A stretch of DNA of 64,000 bases from Octopus sinensis (lineage: Eukaryota), in the NCBI RefSeq assembly GCF_006345805.1, contig NC_042999.1, forward strand, positions 101,122,001 through 101,186,000, read 5' to 3'. Positions 13,047 through 26,394 of this stretch are shown here, piece by piece. The position numbers and the translations under genes were made by a program. Within the stretch, counting starts at the first letter, position 1, and every line of letters begins with the position of its first letter. The notes under the pieces are model-generated. The model was not told the origin of the DNA. It searched no databases and saw only the letters and a list, made by a program, of their open reading frames with translations.

Positions 13047-14329
13047 TAATTACTAAAACATTAACAGTATTGCTCATCCACTTTCTACAGACTCAGATGT
13101 CCAAATGCACTCATCTCATGCAGACACTAATGCTTTTGTACACACATGCACTCACATTATGCAGACCACACTTGCATTATTTGGCATTTGATGCTTTTCT
13201 TTATTACTTTTAACCTTTATCAATTATTACTTTCTAAAATTATTTAAAAAGGTGTACAAGCTCTCTTGCAACCAGGTTGAGTTTTGGCTGTTCTCTATTT
13301 TTTACCACTTTATTGGCCCAATAAGAAGGCAGTAGCTCTCAGCCAGTATTGACTACATAACAAAAACCTAAAGTTGTCCAGTCTCTCTTCTTGAAAATGT
13401 ACAACCAGAGCAGCTATGTGCTAACAACTATTCTTAGAACAATGCATACAAAATAGCAATCCACTCACTCGCTTCCAGACAAAATACAAACTATTCATTA
13501 CAAAGATAATGATGATGATGATGATGGTCAGAATCAGTAACTGTCTAGTTTCATTCACCTATTCTTAATACAGAAATTTAAGATCAAGGCAAATTTCAGT
13601 TGAACAAATCATTGATTTGCCATATCTCACTTCTGACAGTTTACAAAACACATATTAATTTCCTTTATTTTATCTCAGTAACATCTCCTGTTCGTTTACA
13701 CTAACTCATGATAACTTTGTTTCAAAAATATACATAACACTACTTCTGTAACATATTTAAACTCAACTTTGTTTTTATGAATACTGCAACTGAGAACTGC
13801 TTCTTTTCTCTTTATGAATTATTGTAGCATTCAGACTTGTAATTACAAATTGTGTGAGTGAAACAATGCGGTTTAAAGACATTAACTTATCATAGCACTT
13901 AGGCTAGTAGAGGTCAACACTTCTGGTGTTGACCATAACATATCAAATAAATCGAACTTGTTATATTTAATTTATTACTATTGCATCTTGCATCTGAATT
14001 TTCTAGTCTCATCATCATATTTTGTCCATGTTTTCATGCTTGCATGGGTTGGATAGGTCTTCTCTAGCATATAATCAAAGGTATTCTAGCCATGATGCTC
14101 TCTGCTTAATTTTAAAAAGTGCATCTGGACTATATTGTCTAATACATTTTGCCCTTTAACAGACAGTAGAGTGCAATTTGAGGAAGATATAGTTGCTAGT
14201 TTAAACAGTTTGAGTTTAAAATCTCATATATGGGTACCCTCCTTAATGCTAATGAATCAAATACTGAGTGAATATTCAGTTTCATAAATACAATAAAATG
14301 CCATGTCTGTGATAGGCTTTAAACAGTCC

Positions 14330-14600
14330 CATGATATATACTCCTAAAGGTTTAGCCATTATGATTCTTTGGTTATATGTCAGAAGAGAGGAGATGCCTT
14401 CTGAGACCAGTGAGATCAACATGGTTTATACTCTTGAATTTTATCAATTCAATGGTGTAGGAAAAACATTTACCAGGGATGTAGGAGCAGAACATCACTG
14501 TAGGTCTTACTAACTTTTTGTACTGGCAGTTTTCTAACCCTGAATAAGAAAGAAACCAACGTTTGTGCTGCAATATTTGCTACGCTGAAGATGTTAATTC
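14330..14600 (-). mobile_element. degenerate CR1/L2-group LINE, C-terminal RT region
   Basis: ANIAAQTLVSF and CQYKKLVRPTVMFCS resemble the conserved KANRTLGFL / YKTLVRPILEYCS segments. Confidence 0.5.
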
Positions 14601-15384
14601 ATTAAGGAAATATCATTATTAATAGTAAAGCCTTACACTGTAGTGACCTTGAGAGTTCTAATTGTGTATAGTTCATGTCTAAGGGTAGAGTGATAAAGTT
14701 ATTTTGTACATATTTTCTTACTCTGTCTAAAGAAAAGAACCATTTAATCACAACTGAAGTGCATGTAATGAAAACTGACCTGAAAAAGTTGGAGGTGTTA
14801 GTAAGAACACACAGAAATAGAAAAGGGTTTTATATGGTCAGGTAATTCTTGGAAGAATGGAGAGAGAAAGAGAGAGATGGAGGGAGAAAGAAAGAAAGAA
14901 AGAAATGATATGAGTGAAAAAACGAAAATATATGTGTGTAACAGGATGGTTCAAAGGGAATTCGTATGGTCATAAGTTCAAAGGAACACAAAATTATTTT
15001 GTTAGACAGACAGAAATATAACTCTTTAAAACAGCATATATAGTAGTATTTATAGATAAAAGTGCTTTACTATTATTCAATTCATTCTTATTTATTGGCA
15101 TCATATCAATTAGAAAATTCTGTTAGTTTGAAAGATAGTAGTATTAATGGTGAAATATTTCCAATTACCATGGAATAACATGCTATTTATCAATGGTAAG
15201 GATACATGTAATGTATAAAATTATTCAAATAGAAATACCTTCAGAAGGTTGATGTTTCAATAGTTGGATATGGAAAGATGTTATAAACGCTATCATTAGT
15301 AAGATTAAACTTGTTCATCCAGTCGTTTGGGCTAAATGGCTACAGCTTTCAGAATAAAGGCTAACATTAAACACACATACACAC

Positions 15385-15398
15385 GTGCATGCTCTCTT

Positions 15399-15462
<64 letters not shown>
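15385..15462. repeat. (CT)n(CA)n microsatellite
   Basis: Directly visible. Confidence 0.95.
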
Positions 15463-15465
<3 letters not shown>

Positions 15466-16137
15466 GTCCTATTACGTGAAATGTAAATGAGCAGCAAGTG
15501 AGAGGGCTTCTATACAATTATTATGCCAGCTCACTATGTCAGACAATTTTCTCTTTACAAATTCCCCAGTGTCCATAAAATGAGAAACCATATAATAAAA
15601 TATAACTCTTATATCATCATATTCAGCTATAAAAACAGGAATGTCACAAATAGTATGCTAATCAAATTGATGGTCAGAGGAGAAGGTTCTAGATCTAAGA
15701 AACTAGTTCTTTAAAGCGATATCCATAAGAAACACATTTCACATATTGCAATGGTATGAGAAAGATTCTTGAAATTTAAATGTTTGCATATTGTTGACAA
15801 ATTTGTTTTCATGTTAGATGCTTTTCATGTCACTGAACATTCAATTATACAGAACCAGTGACTCCTGTTTTTTTAGATATGTAAATGAATATATGCTTCA
15901 AATAAGTCAATGAAAGAATCTCTTCATGATTGCTAGTTCTGTTAGAAAATGCAGGCAAATATCTCTTAAAACACACTTTATTGTTTTGAAAAGGGGAAGG
16001 GCATGTTGCTTAATGTACATTCTGATACCTTTAAAAAGACAAGATTGTCATGGCTAGAACTGATCAAAGGTTTGCTCAGGCAAGGATGTCTGAGACTAAA
16101 CAGCAACAAGATATGCATCCTATAACAGGGCAACAAA

Positions 16138-17053
16138 CGAGGTGGTATCAAAAGGTTTCTAGACTAGTTATGTTTAATAAAAAATAACTTATTTACCTAA
16201 ATTTTAACATCATCTCCTTCAAAATAGTCACCTTGTGCAGCAATATACTGGTCCCAGTGTTCTTGCCACTTTTGTAATCCAGCCCAGAAGTCGTTTTCTG
16301 TGAGTGGAGGACCTTCTGCAATTCACTCTGGATCTCGACAATGGTGTTAAAATGGTGACCTTTAAGTTGAATTTTCATCATGGGAAAGAGATGGAAATCT
16401 GCAGGTGCTAAATTTAGAGAATAGGGTGGGTGCAGAAATGATACCATGTTGTTTTTGGTGAGAAACTCATGAGAGCAGAGAGCTCAGTGACAGGGTGTGT
16501 TTTTGTCATGAAGAATCTAATTCTTTGCACTCCACAGATCTGGTCACTTTCACCGAATGTCTTCCCACAAATGCTTCAAAACATTGCAGTAGAACTCTGA
16601 ATTGACAGTCTGGTCCTGTGTGAAGAATTCTCAATGCACAATACCACATTTCTGAGAGTGACATTCATGGCTTATCTTCCAGATCACTCATTGTCATCTA
16701 GGGACATTCTTCTGCTTTTCAAGCACCCATGTCACCTGAAACATTGTGTACAATCCATTGCCTCATCGTCATAAGCTTGCTGTAGCATGCTCAATGTGTC
16801 TGTAGCAAACTTCTCAATTTTAATGCAAAATTTCCCATTGGCTCTTTGTTCCTGACCATGACAAAATTGCAGACTACAGCATACATGTGATCACAAAAAC
16901 ACAAATTTCCCAACTTGCAAAGTAAACCCTGTGATGTCACTTGGCATACTGCCTTACAAAGGTCACTGCTAGCTCTCACTACACACACAACTATGTACTG
17001 CTGTCTGTTGGCACACTACAGAAATAGTCAGGGAACTTTTTGATACCACCTCA
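16138..17053 (-). mobile_element. internally deleted mariner DNA transposon
   Basis: TIRs CGAGGTGGTATCAAAAGGTTTCTAGACT (16138) and AGTCAGGGAACTTTTTGATACCACCTCA followed by TA (17054-17055). The transposase C-terminus is HPPYSLNLAPADFHLFP (YSPDLAP motif). An N-terminal HTH remnant lies near 16680-16850. The first catalytic Asp region is not seen. Confidence 0.9.
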
Positions 17054-18287
17054 TAATTTTTCCAGGCATCTTCAGCCCCACATTTTAATGTATTACTACT
17101 TAGACAACTATAGTTTTCTTGAAAACGTATATCATTTTTTCATATTGACATGAAGGAATATTTTCCATTAATATATTCAGAGTTAAGCTATTAAAATAAA
17201 TGCAAAATTAATTTTTTAAAGTGGGGATTATTGCAATCTTTTATGATTTTAACATGAAAATATAAGTTAGACAAAAAAAAAATCAGAGTTCTTCATAATA
17301 GCATAAATTACAAGTATTTGATGATGTCATGAATGCTGTATATGAAAAAAATTCTTAATGAAGTGAAGACTGTAATGATCTAAGTATTTGAAATTGAAAT
17401 ATCTAAAGTAAAATATATAACATACTCAGATAATAATGATGGCAAATTATTGCAACAGGCTTTATGCAGAAATGATGATAACTCTCACAATACATGGACA
17501 AAATTTACAAAACATTATTAGGTTTTTATGACATGAGCAACAGATGGCTAAATTATTAGAGAGTAACTGATAGTTAAAAAGTCAATGAATTACAGTCTCT
17601 AATATGCACTGTAGTAGAACAAAATACATTTAATTCTCTCTGTCCTGCTCCTCTCAACTACATAGAGGATACAATACAGAGGCACAGCTCAAATCTCTAG
17701 GTAATAGAAGAATGGCAAAATTAATGGAATTTAGTTAATTAGCAGAGATCAACCAAAATTCTCAGGGTTGCTTTCTTAATCAAAACTGAAGGGGTAGTGC
17801 CCATGACCATTATTACCATCACTCCTAGGCTGGCGAGATCAATATGGTTGCTGATTAGTTTGAATATCTGTAAGCCTATATATGCAAATAGTGTCTATAT
17901 CATCATTCAACCTGATAGAAAGAGTAGCCAAATCTCCATCACATTATTATTCTTAAAAGGAAGCATATGGATAATACATGGCAGGAAAATAAAAGACAAG
18001 AAAGTATGACCATAACTGGAATGCTTCTAATCACAAGTCTGATCAATCAATGCTGACCAAATAGCTAAACAATGACAATATTACAAATGTAGAGGGGATT
18101 ACAGAGGTTTTTCAGTTTTGGAAATATTTGGGAAAACCTATTTAGTAGGCTCTGAGGCAAGAAACACAGCAAAGATTAGAGGAGGCAAGATGACTATGTC
18201 ATTGGATGGGTAATTCAGAGGAACAGAAGCCATTTAAGAAGATATATAGAGGAAAACAACAACTCTATGGCTCAATGGTTGTAGCAT

Positions 18288-18544
18288 TGTTATATCCTTA
18301 CACCTCCGATATTGTAGTATAGTTGTTGTTGTCAACAATCAATAAAGAATACACTGTAACAGTGTTATAACAATACAAAATAGAAACACGACAACCAGTA
18401 TTTCCAATGCACTAACTCAAACTTCAAACTGTACCTAGACTTCAAAGACCAAACTACAAACTGCTGACTACATCAAACTGCTACTATTTATATGTAGTGG
18501 TCCCATTTATTCCCATCAGGGGGTGTTGTATTCTAACCACAACA
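18288..18544 (-). repeat. 3' LTR of Gypsy element 1
   Basis: Minus strand runs TGTTGT...TATAACA, immediately preceded by polypurine tract AAAGGGGAGA (18545-18554). Confidence 0.7.
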
Positions 18545-18586
18545 TCTCCCCTTTGGAAATTTCAAGTTCCAAAGGAATAAAGAAAT

Positions 18587-18629
<43 letters not shown>

Positions 18630-20450
18630 TATCTTTTTCACTTGGGCCTCATCTCAAGGTGTTCAGTCTGAAATTTGAATCTTTACTCAATATTGGCCTG
18701 GCATTTGAAATTAGGAATTTGAATTTTTACACAATATCAGCCTTTTCACAGGACATGATAGGTATTTTACTGGTGGGACTTTGGCTGCTGAGTGTGCAAC
18801 CTCTATTAGCTTTCACCAATTTCTTGATGTCCTAGTGCATGCAACAGGTTGTACTGGGTTATGTGTTACCAGTAGTGCCCAGGAGAAACCTGCTCAATGT
18901 GACAGATTGTACTGGATTACATCTTACCAGTAGTGCCTAAGAGCAATCTGACTGTAATTTTTACTCTGCCACTATCAGCAAGCATGAAACATGAATCACT
19001 GGTTTCCTACTTCCATCTTTATATTTGTGTAGCAAAACTGCCCCTATTCTGTTCTCTGAAGCATCAGACACTACAACAATGTCCATTTATACACTCCACA
19101 TGCTGTTCATGCAAATTACACTTAATATATCATCCAAATAAGGGATTGTAAATTCACAATCAGAGAACATAGCATCCATGATTTGCTGAAATATTACCAG
19201 TGCAACGTTTAATCCAAAAGGTAACCAGGTATATCTGTGCAATCCTCTATGTGTATTTATTGTAAGATACTTTGAGCATTTGTCATTTACTTTCATCTGT
19301 AAATAAGAATCAGACAGATCCAATTTGGAGAAAACTTTTTTACCATTTAATTTTGCGAAAATGTCCTCTTAAGTTAGGAGTGGATGGTGGCATGTCTTTA
19401 AGCAGTTGTGCAGTCCTGTAGAGAAATTGGCACACAGCCTAATCTTCTTATTTTTCTTTTTAATGCACAATGGGGTGCCACCCACTTAAAGTAATCCACC
19501 TTTTTGATGAATCCACTCTTTTCCAGTCTGTCCAACTCTTCATTTACAATTTCAATTGCTGCAAACGGTACTTTTCTGTTAGATTTAAATACAGGCACAG
19601 TGTTTTCGCTTACTTGAAAGCAGGCTTCAGTCTTTTCACAGAGATCTAAGTCCTCTGATAGTACTTGAGGAAACATCTTTTTCAATTTTCTCTTCAATTC
19701 CTCAGATGATTTATTCTTAATGGGACAACCATTTATGTTTTTGCAGTAGAGACTTATGGGAAGGTGTGCCATAAATCAAATAACTCCAACCAATCTGTAC
19801 CAAACAGATTGATTGTATTTTCCACAATGAATATTTTTGCTTCACATGCTTCTCCTCAAAATATGACATCTGTACACATTTCGCCCATGAAATGTAATTT
19901 ATCACCCATCACATCACATACAATTTTCACTGTTTTACATAACCTTGGTTTCCTGATTTTTCTCCATGTATCCACATTTATGATTGAAATATCACTACTT
20001 GTATCCAACTGCAGTTTAATATTTACACCATTTATTTTTATGTATATGAATTTTCTTGTTTTGTGTAATTTTCACTTTCTGCTGAAAACACCTTAGAACT
20101 TTTTTGTGTTCAAACCTCGTAATCTTGTCCTGCAGTGTGAGCTCTTGGGACCAAGTTTCTGACAACTATAGCATTTTCAGTTTTTGAATGACTAGTATTA
20201 TTTTCATTTTTCCAGCAAGTCCTGTAAACAACCTTGGACATATTTTGACCTTATTCTGACCTGATGAGTGATGCATAACTCTATACTTACAAAAAGTAGT
20301 GATGGATGAATCACTAAGTGAATATACAAGATTGTACATTTGTTGGAACGAATTAAGTAAGAAAACAATCTGGTTCAAACAGTAAGTACACTAGAGAAAG
20401 GCATTCCTTTTGAGGAAGGAAGAGTCAAAAGTGGAATGTATTTCAGTATG
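18288..20450 (-). mobile_element. degenerate, internally deleted Ty3/Gypsy LTR retrotransposon (element 1)
   Basis: RT motifs KVPFAAIEIVNEELDRLEKSG, KLDLSDSYLQ, LPFG and YLDD (19087-19772). RNase H start IVVSDAS...GAVLLHKYKDG near 19000-19085. Integrase zinc-finger remnant near 18740-18840. The 5' boundary is approximate. Confidence 0.9.
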
Positions 20451-21310
20451 CCATAACACCTGTTGGAAATGACAGATAAAGGGAACACAAAAAATGTTAA
20501 ATATTACATGTTCAAAGTAAAATGGAGGATAAGCTCATAGAATATAAAGTTTAAATTTATAATACTAAACTAAAACAATTTTGTGTAAATACCAAAACCC
20601 TTTTATTCATTTCTGGTTCAAAGTATCAAAAATATAAGTATATATTAAATTTAATTACATATAAGATTAAAGCTTAAATCAGATTCAACAGATATCTTAT
20701 AAAGAGAATCCCAGTGGTTTTATATTTGCTTCTGGACACAGGTTTTTATGGGTTTATTATATCATTCTAGTGTTTGTCTGCTTATTATCTCAAAATATAA
20801 AGCCTAAGACTTTTATGGAAAGGAAGGATGAATATTTTTCCCAAAGCATTACCATCAAATTTGAAGTGAATCTTCAGATTATCTTCTAGTAAACAAGTTT
20901 TACTCCTAATTATTTTTATGTAGCTGTCGTATCTGAGCAGCTATAATAATTGTCCTTACTTCATTGTATCCTAATACAATATTTCATAATAATCATTGAT
21001 CATAATATTGTTTATATTAGCCCATCTATCAGTTCTCTTTGAAAATGATATTGCTCTGAAATACTATAAAGTAATCACTTAACAAGTTCCTTTATATGAA
21101 CCCTTACCGAGAGAGATCTAGCAAGTTACTATTCTGATTTTCTTGTCTGCAAATAAGTTTTCATGGCTCTTTATGCAATTCTAATATTTGTTTTGCAATA
21201 TCCTGTTACTCTGCTAAAATAGAGAAAATCCCAATAAAGATTTCTGCATGAAGCCATGAAACTTCTGTTATAATATATGTCTAAAAGTGCTATACTTTGA
21301 TTGTTACATG

Positions 21311-21726
21311 CATCCATACAAAATTATATCCTATCTTCAATTCAGTTTCCATATCTATTCTGACCTATGGTCATGAATGGTGGAGAATGACCAAAAGAGT
21401 ACAATCATGAACACAAGCAGCCAAAATGGGAATTCTCTGAAGGAGAATTCCCATTTTGGTTGCTTTGTATGCAACTTTCCGGGTTGAGCCATTACTTTTC
21501 TTCATTAAGAGCTCACAGCTCTGGTACTATGAACATGTGATTAGAATGTTGCAGAAAAAAATTGCACAACAGATTTTTCAAGCCAAGTCATTCAGCAGGA
21601 AACTTAGAGACAGACCAAGAACAAGAGGGTAATGATGGTTGCATTAGATAGAACCCTGTGGAGGAAGTGGCTGAGGACTCTACCCCCATATCCCTTCCAG
21701 GAGTAGTGGGTAGTGATGATGAATGG
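21311..21726 (+). mobile_element. RTE-clade LINE 3' fragment (Expander/REX3-like)
   Basis: Fragments ILTYGHEWWRMTKRVQS*TQAAKMGIL, VEPLLFFIKSSQLWYYEHVIRM and RQTKNKR match the RTE C-terminus (LTYGHE.W..T...IQAAEM.FLR; VEPLLL.IERSQLRWFGHV.RM). Confidence 0.75.
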
Positions 21727-22914
21727 ATAGATTATGTTTAAATCCAAATAGACATTTTCTTGCATATTTCTTATTAGACACATTACACTTAAGTATATAA
21801 TCAAATATGAATGGTGTAATAAAGTAAACTTTTATTAATGCTTTGGTTACTTATTAGTTGAAACGTTTTCGCACTGAACTACACATAAACATGTCATGAG
21901 GAGAATCTTTTGGAATGTCCCCAAAGCCATACATCACTTCTGAATGAACTACATAATAAGAAAAGTTGATCTGAAGCAATAAATGTATTAGATACATACT
22001 GTCAAGGCAAAAATTGCAAGTCTAAAAATATCTGGCAGTAAGTCAGAAATGAAAATTAACTAGTAACTAACATTAGCTAAGTGTAGTCAGATGTGAAGAT
22101 ATTAACAGATGCTAAATAGCTACTGTAACTTTCAAGCAATTTGCTACAAAGTCTTCTGAAAGAATATTTACTGCAATTTCTTTTGTGAATATCAATGTAC
22201 TACAGTCAAAATACACTGAGAAATCATAAAAACAGTAAAAAAATTAGTGGAAAACAAAGAAATAATACACCAAAGGAAAGGAACAAAATAGAAAAGCTGG
22301 GACAATACAGATGAGACATTACCATTGCCTACTCGTGATTGATTACTAAAGTTATGACTTTTATTCAACTGTTAACATAAAAGAAAATGTTTGTGGATCA
22401 ATAAATTGCAGAATATCTAGCCTCAGAACAAGATTCTGCAATGCCATAAAAATTATGGCAAAGATAAAGATAATAACTATAATGATGATGCCAACAGCAA
22501 TGATGATGACAACACTGATGTCACTGCTGCTACTGATATTCAATTAGCTGAACTTCTAATTGCATTGTATTTTTGTAATTAAGGCTTTATAACCTAAAAA
22601 TATTTTATATATAAAAAATATTTGGGTAAGAAATTTTCGTGTAAATATAATGTATCGTATTTTTGAACAATCAAAAATTATCTTTGTTAGCTCAGTACCT
22701 AACAAGTCACCAAAGTGCTATCCAAATGCAGCAGCCAAATTAATACCTAACAACCTGTTATAGCTTGACTGAACTAATATATTAAGTATCAGTTTATGAT
22801 TTATTTTAGATATAGATACATCAAAGAAATAAATAATGATCTGCATAATAAAGAAAATATTCAAAATTTGGTTGCACAAATTATTAACAAGAAACACTTT
22901 TAGAAACAAGCCTC

Positions 22915-23345
22915 TATGAGGCTGTCTGACTTGCTAAAAGCAGCAGCCAAATCTCTCTCAAATTACAACTTAGTATCTAAAATAAGGACAGGACACACTA
23001 AATAATCTAATTTTAGATAACATCATCATCATCATCAACTAAAAATACTGGTTTCCCATAGTTGGGATGCCATTAATCACAGGACTGGTTGATCAGTATT
23101 AACTACAACAATAATAACCATTAGCAGCAAACCAGATAAGGTATAAACAATCTAATAATACTCTTCTCTGTTGTTGTTGTTGCTGTCAATCTTAATTCAA
23201 CCTTGATCAAGCAGACCTGTGATCAAAGATATTCCAGTCATGACTATTCTATATTCAAGGCACAGTGCATGCAGGACTACACTAGCCAATAAGATAGTAA
23301 CATGTTATCTGAAGGAGATTTGGCAGCTTTTTAGCAGCTCCATCT
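22915..23345. repeat. two oppositely oriented copies of a ~200-bp dispersed repeat family
   Basis: 22915-23010 is the reverse complement of the family 3' half (GAGATTTGGCTGCT). 23195-23345 is a forward copy (TTGATCAAGCAGACCTGTGATCAAAG...GGAGATTTGGCAGC). Confidence 0.6.
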
Positions 23346-25750
23346 TCATCAACTGCAGGGATATGAGAGGTTTCCCTTGAAATGCTTTATAGCTTAAGAA
23401 AGAAAGAAACAACCCCTAGGTTACTACATTAGAAAGTAACACATCAAAACATTAGATTATCTTTAGATTTGGTTTGAATTTTTGCAACAGAGTAGAGTCC
23501 ATCAAAGGAAAACAAGAGCCAGCTGTTGGTGCTAAACTAGACAACATATTAAGTCTAGCACCCAAAAACAACTGCAATCAATCCAACAGGATTTTGTGTA
23601 GCTTGGCTATGGTGGAAGACACCTGATTAAGGTATCATTGAAATCAAAACAGGGACTGTATGGATGTAAAGTGATCATCTTAACTACATAGCCATAATAG
23701 CAGCTACATAAATAATGTTAACTAAAACTGATAAGTGAATAATGGACAAGCCTCCAAAGTAGAGAAGCATACTTGATAATGTTTCATTTCTGGTGCTTTT
23801 GTAGATTCCTTTATTCTTTTACTTGTTTCACTCACTGGACTGTAGCCATTTTAAGAATTCACACTCCAAGATTTCACAAATAATATTAACACCAGTGCTT
23901 ATTTCAATTAAGTACTTATTTTATGAATCTTCAATTGATAAACTGTTAAGTTACAGGTCATTAAAAGACGCAATAAAATTGACAGTAGTATTTAGACCAT
24001 TATAAACATAAAGACACATATATATAAAAAGGCTTCTACACAATTTTCTGCTACCAAATTCCAGTCACAATGTATTGGTTAAATCAAGACCATAACAGAA
24101 GACACTTGCCTCAAGTTCCAAGCAGTGAATTTGAGTCCAGAACCATGTATTCATTTATAATGAATGAATTTTGATGATAAAAACAAGTATTCTTTTTCCT
24201 TTTGTCTTTCTCATATTCACACACACATACATAATATATTTGATATGTTAGTATTACACATATAAAATTTAGCATACATGACTGAAGAAAACTGGAATTT
24301 GATTGATTGAAAAGTATTAAACTAAGTAGAAATATACACACATAAATTGTCAAGCAAACATAGAAACACTAATACATCTTAGATAGTAACAAACAATTGT
24401 TTTATTTTTTTAGCTTTAAACCAAATTTTGATGATTTTGCTTTTATGAAACAATGACCAAGAATTGAAAACAACTTGAAAAACAGGAAGATGGCAGAAGA
24501 CAGCAAGACGGTAAAATAGAGCAGATACTTTTAAAAATGAATTGAATTAATTTTGAATATAATTAAGCGAAACTAAAATAATCAAAATTACTTAATCATG
24601 TCTAAAAATCTAAAGAAAATTTAACAATAAATAAAACATATTAAGATAAATATGACACATTAAAATAATTATGATATAGATAAAATAACAGAGCCAAAAT
24701 GTTCATATGATTATCAATTTCCTAAATATTGTGAATTTATAAACTTTTTAAAGATTTTAGGAGCAATAATCAATATCGCTTTCTCAAATTCTTCAGGTTA
24801 CTGCATTTTATAATGGCAGACAAAATATTACAAATTGTAAACAAATAAAACATATTAACATGCTTATCAAATGGATAAACATTATTTGAAAATTCTAACA
24901 ATCGCAAAGAAGAGACTTCTAGGAGTGAGATAATGAGACTACTGATTAAATGTTATTTATGCTTTAAATTACTGTCTTCATTGAAACTATGTATTTAATC
25001 TATTTGAAACTGTGTATCACATCTTGGTATTTATGCGGCAACTTCTAATAAATCCAAAATTGCCAACTGAGTACACCTTATCCATATTTGCTGCAATCGT
25101 AAACAGTTTTCAAACATATATCAATAGACAAAACATAAACAAGTGCTATATAACTTAACCGATGCACTACACCCTACATAAACAATTACAAAATGACATC
25201 TTACACATTGTGGACCCAGAACAAGCAAAAACTTAATAGCGGTTTCTTCTTTATATTTGATTGGCAACTCTGTGTTCTACTTCCTGTATGACATTAAGTA
25301 GTGTTACTTAGGATTAATAATGTACATCACTCCCACTTTGCAGTTCATCTTTGAATTTGAACAATTATCTCATGCGTGAATAGAGAAATGGATGTAAAAT
25401 TGCTTTTAAAAGCATTGATAATTCTGAATATTTTTTCATGTTAGCTTTTAACATGTTTGCTTGATATTAACATGAATTAGGATAGGATGGTCCTAAAAAC
25501 TGAAGCTACTTTTATAAAAATTATTGTAGCAGATGTCTTATAGTGAGAATTTATTAATGCCATCTAATTGATTCTGAATTAACCACTTAAGTAGCATAAC
25601 TGTAGAATTTGATCTACCTATTACTAATTCTCTATCACTAGTGACAGTTATTATTTAAACTATTTATGGTAGAAATAGCTAAGTGAGTTTGGGATGGCTT
25701 AGATATATCAAGGCGTTCCATTATTACTTATTCTTTCATTTCCATTATTA

Positions 25751-25781
<31 letters not shown>

Positions 25782-25789
25782 CTGAGTGA

Positions 25790-26325
25790 GAGAGCAGCAC
25801 ATGCCAGAAAGTGACATTGGGGTACAAATATATTAAGCCCAATATATGCATTATGACTACCTGTCTGATAAGGGTACACCAGGTACATGCATCACAACCA
25901 CTTGTGCAATCTTATATGGTGATAAACAGCACATGACCTTGCTGGTGAGGTCCAGTTAAAATTTTCTTCAAGTTGAGTAGCCCATCCCACTCAAAAGGTC
26001 CCTGAATAAAGTTTGTTTAAGGATGATGAACAAAACATCCATGTTTCCAGAGGTGAATTATTCAAACCCCAAAGAATTCCTCTCAACACATGGCTATGAT
26101 GCTTCCCTACTACTCCTGCTTATGATCAGTGATGCACATATTGTCAGCTACTAAGGGACATGCTAAAGTGGTTATGGTCAAGCAAAAGACAAGCAAATCT
26201 GTGGTATTGAGCAGAATATTTGTTGTAGCTCATCTTTTATACCAAGGCAAAACAATGTACATGATAACACTTCCAATCAGTTAAAATCAAAAGCCATGAG
26301 AGCCACTGCCTGGTACTGCATATTA
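25790..26325 (-). mobile_element. interspersed repeat ending in an (AAT)n tail, probably a retroelement 3' end
   Basis: A GC-richer block abuts the (TTA)n run at 25744-25780. The family assignment is from recall only. Confidence 0.4.
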
Positions 26326-26341
26326 TAATTATTATTATTTA

Positions 26342-26394
26342 AGGTGGTGAGCTGGCAGAATCATGAGCACACTGGATGAAATGCTTAACAGTAT
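26342..26394 (+). mobile_element. SINE family B head, cut off by a Gypsy LTR
   Basis: GGTGGTGAGCTGGCAGAATCATGAGCACACTGGATGAAATGCTTAACAGTAT matches the reverse complement of heads at about 53930-53974 and 58245-58289. Confidence 0.7.

Noticed and set aside
19361-19378. Minus-strand PNLRGH, matching the TULP4 NLRGH motif
   Set aside because: It lies inside Gypsy RT (another frame reads EDIFAKLNG) and has no donor site or flanking similarity.
20261-20290. CTGATGA hammerhead half-motifs here and at 57565-57571
   Set aside because: There is no GAAA or helix II at a suitable distance, and the 7-mer is expected by chance.
21604-21804. ORF with YSWKG, like TULP4 LSWKG
   Set aside because: It is the antisense frame of the RTE fragment and has no other TULP4 motifs.
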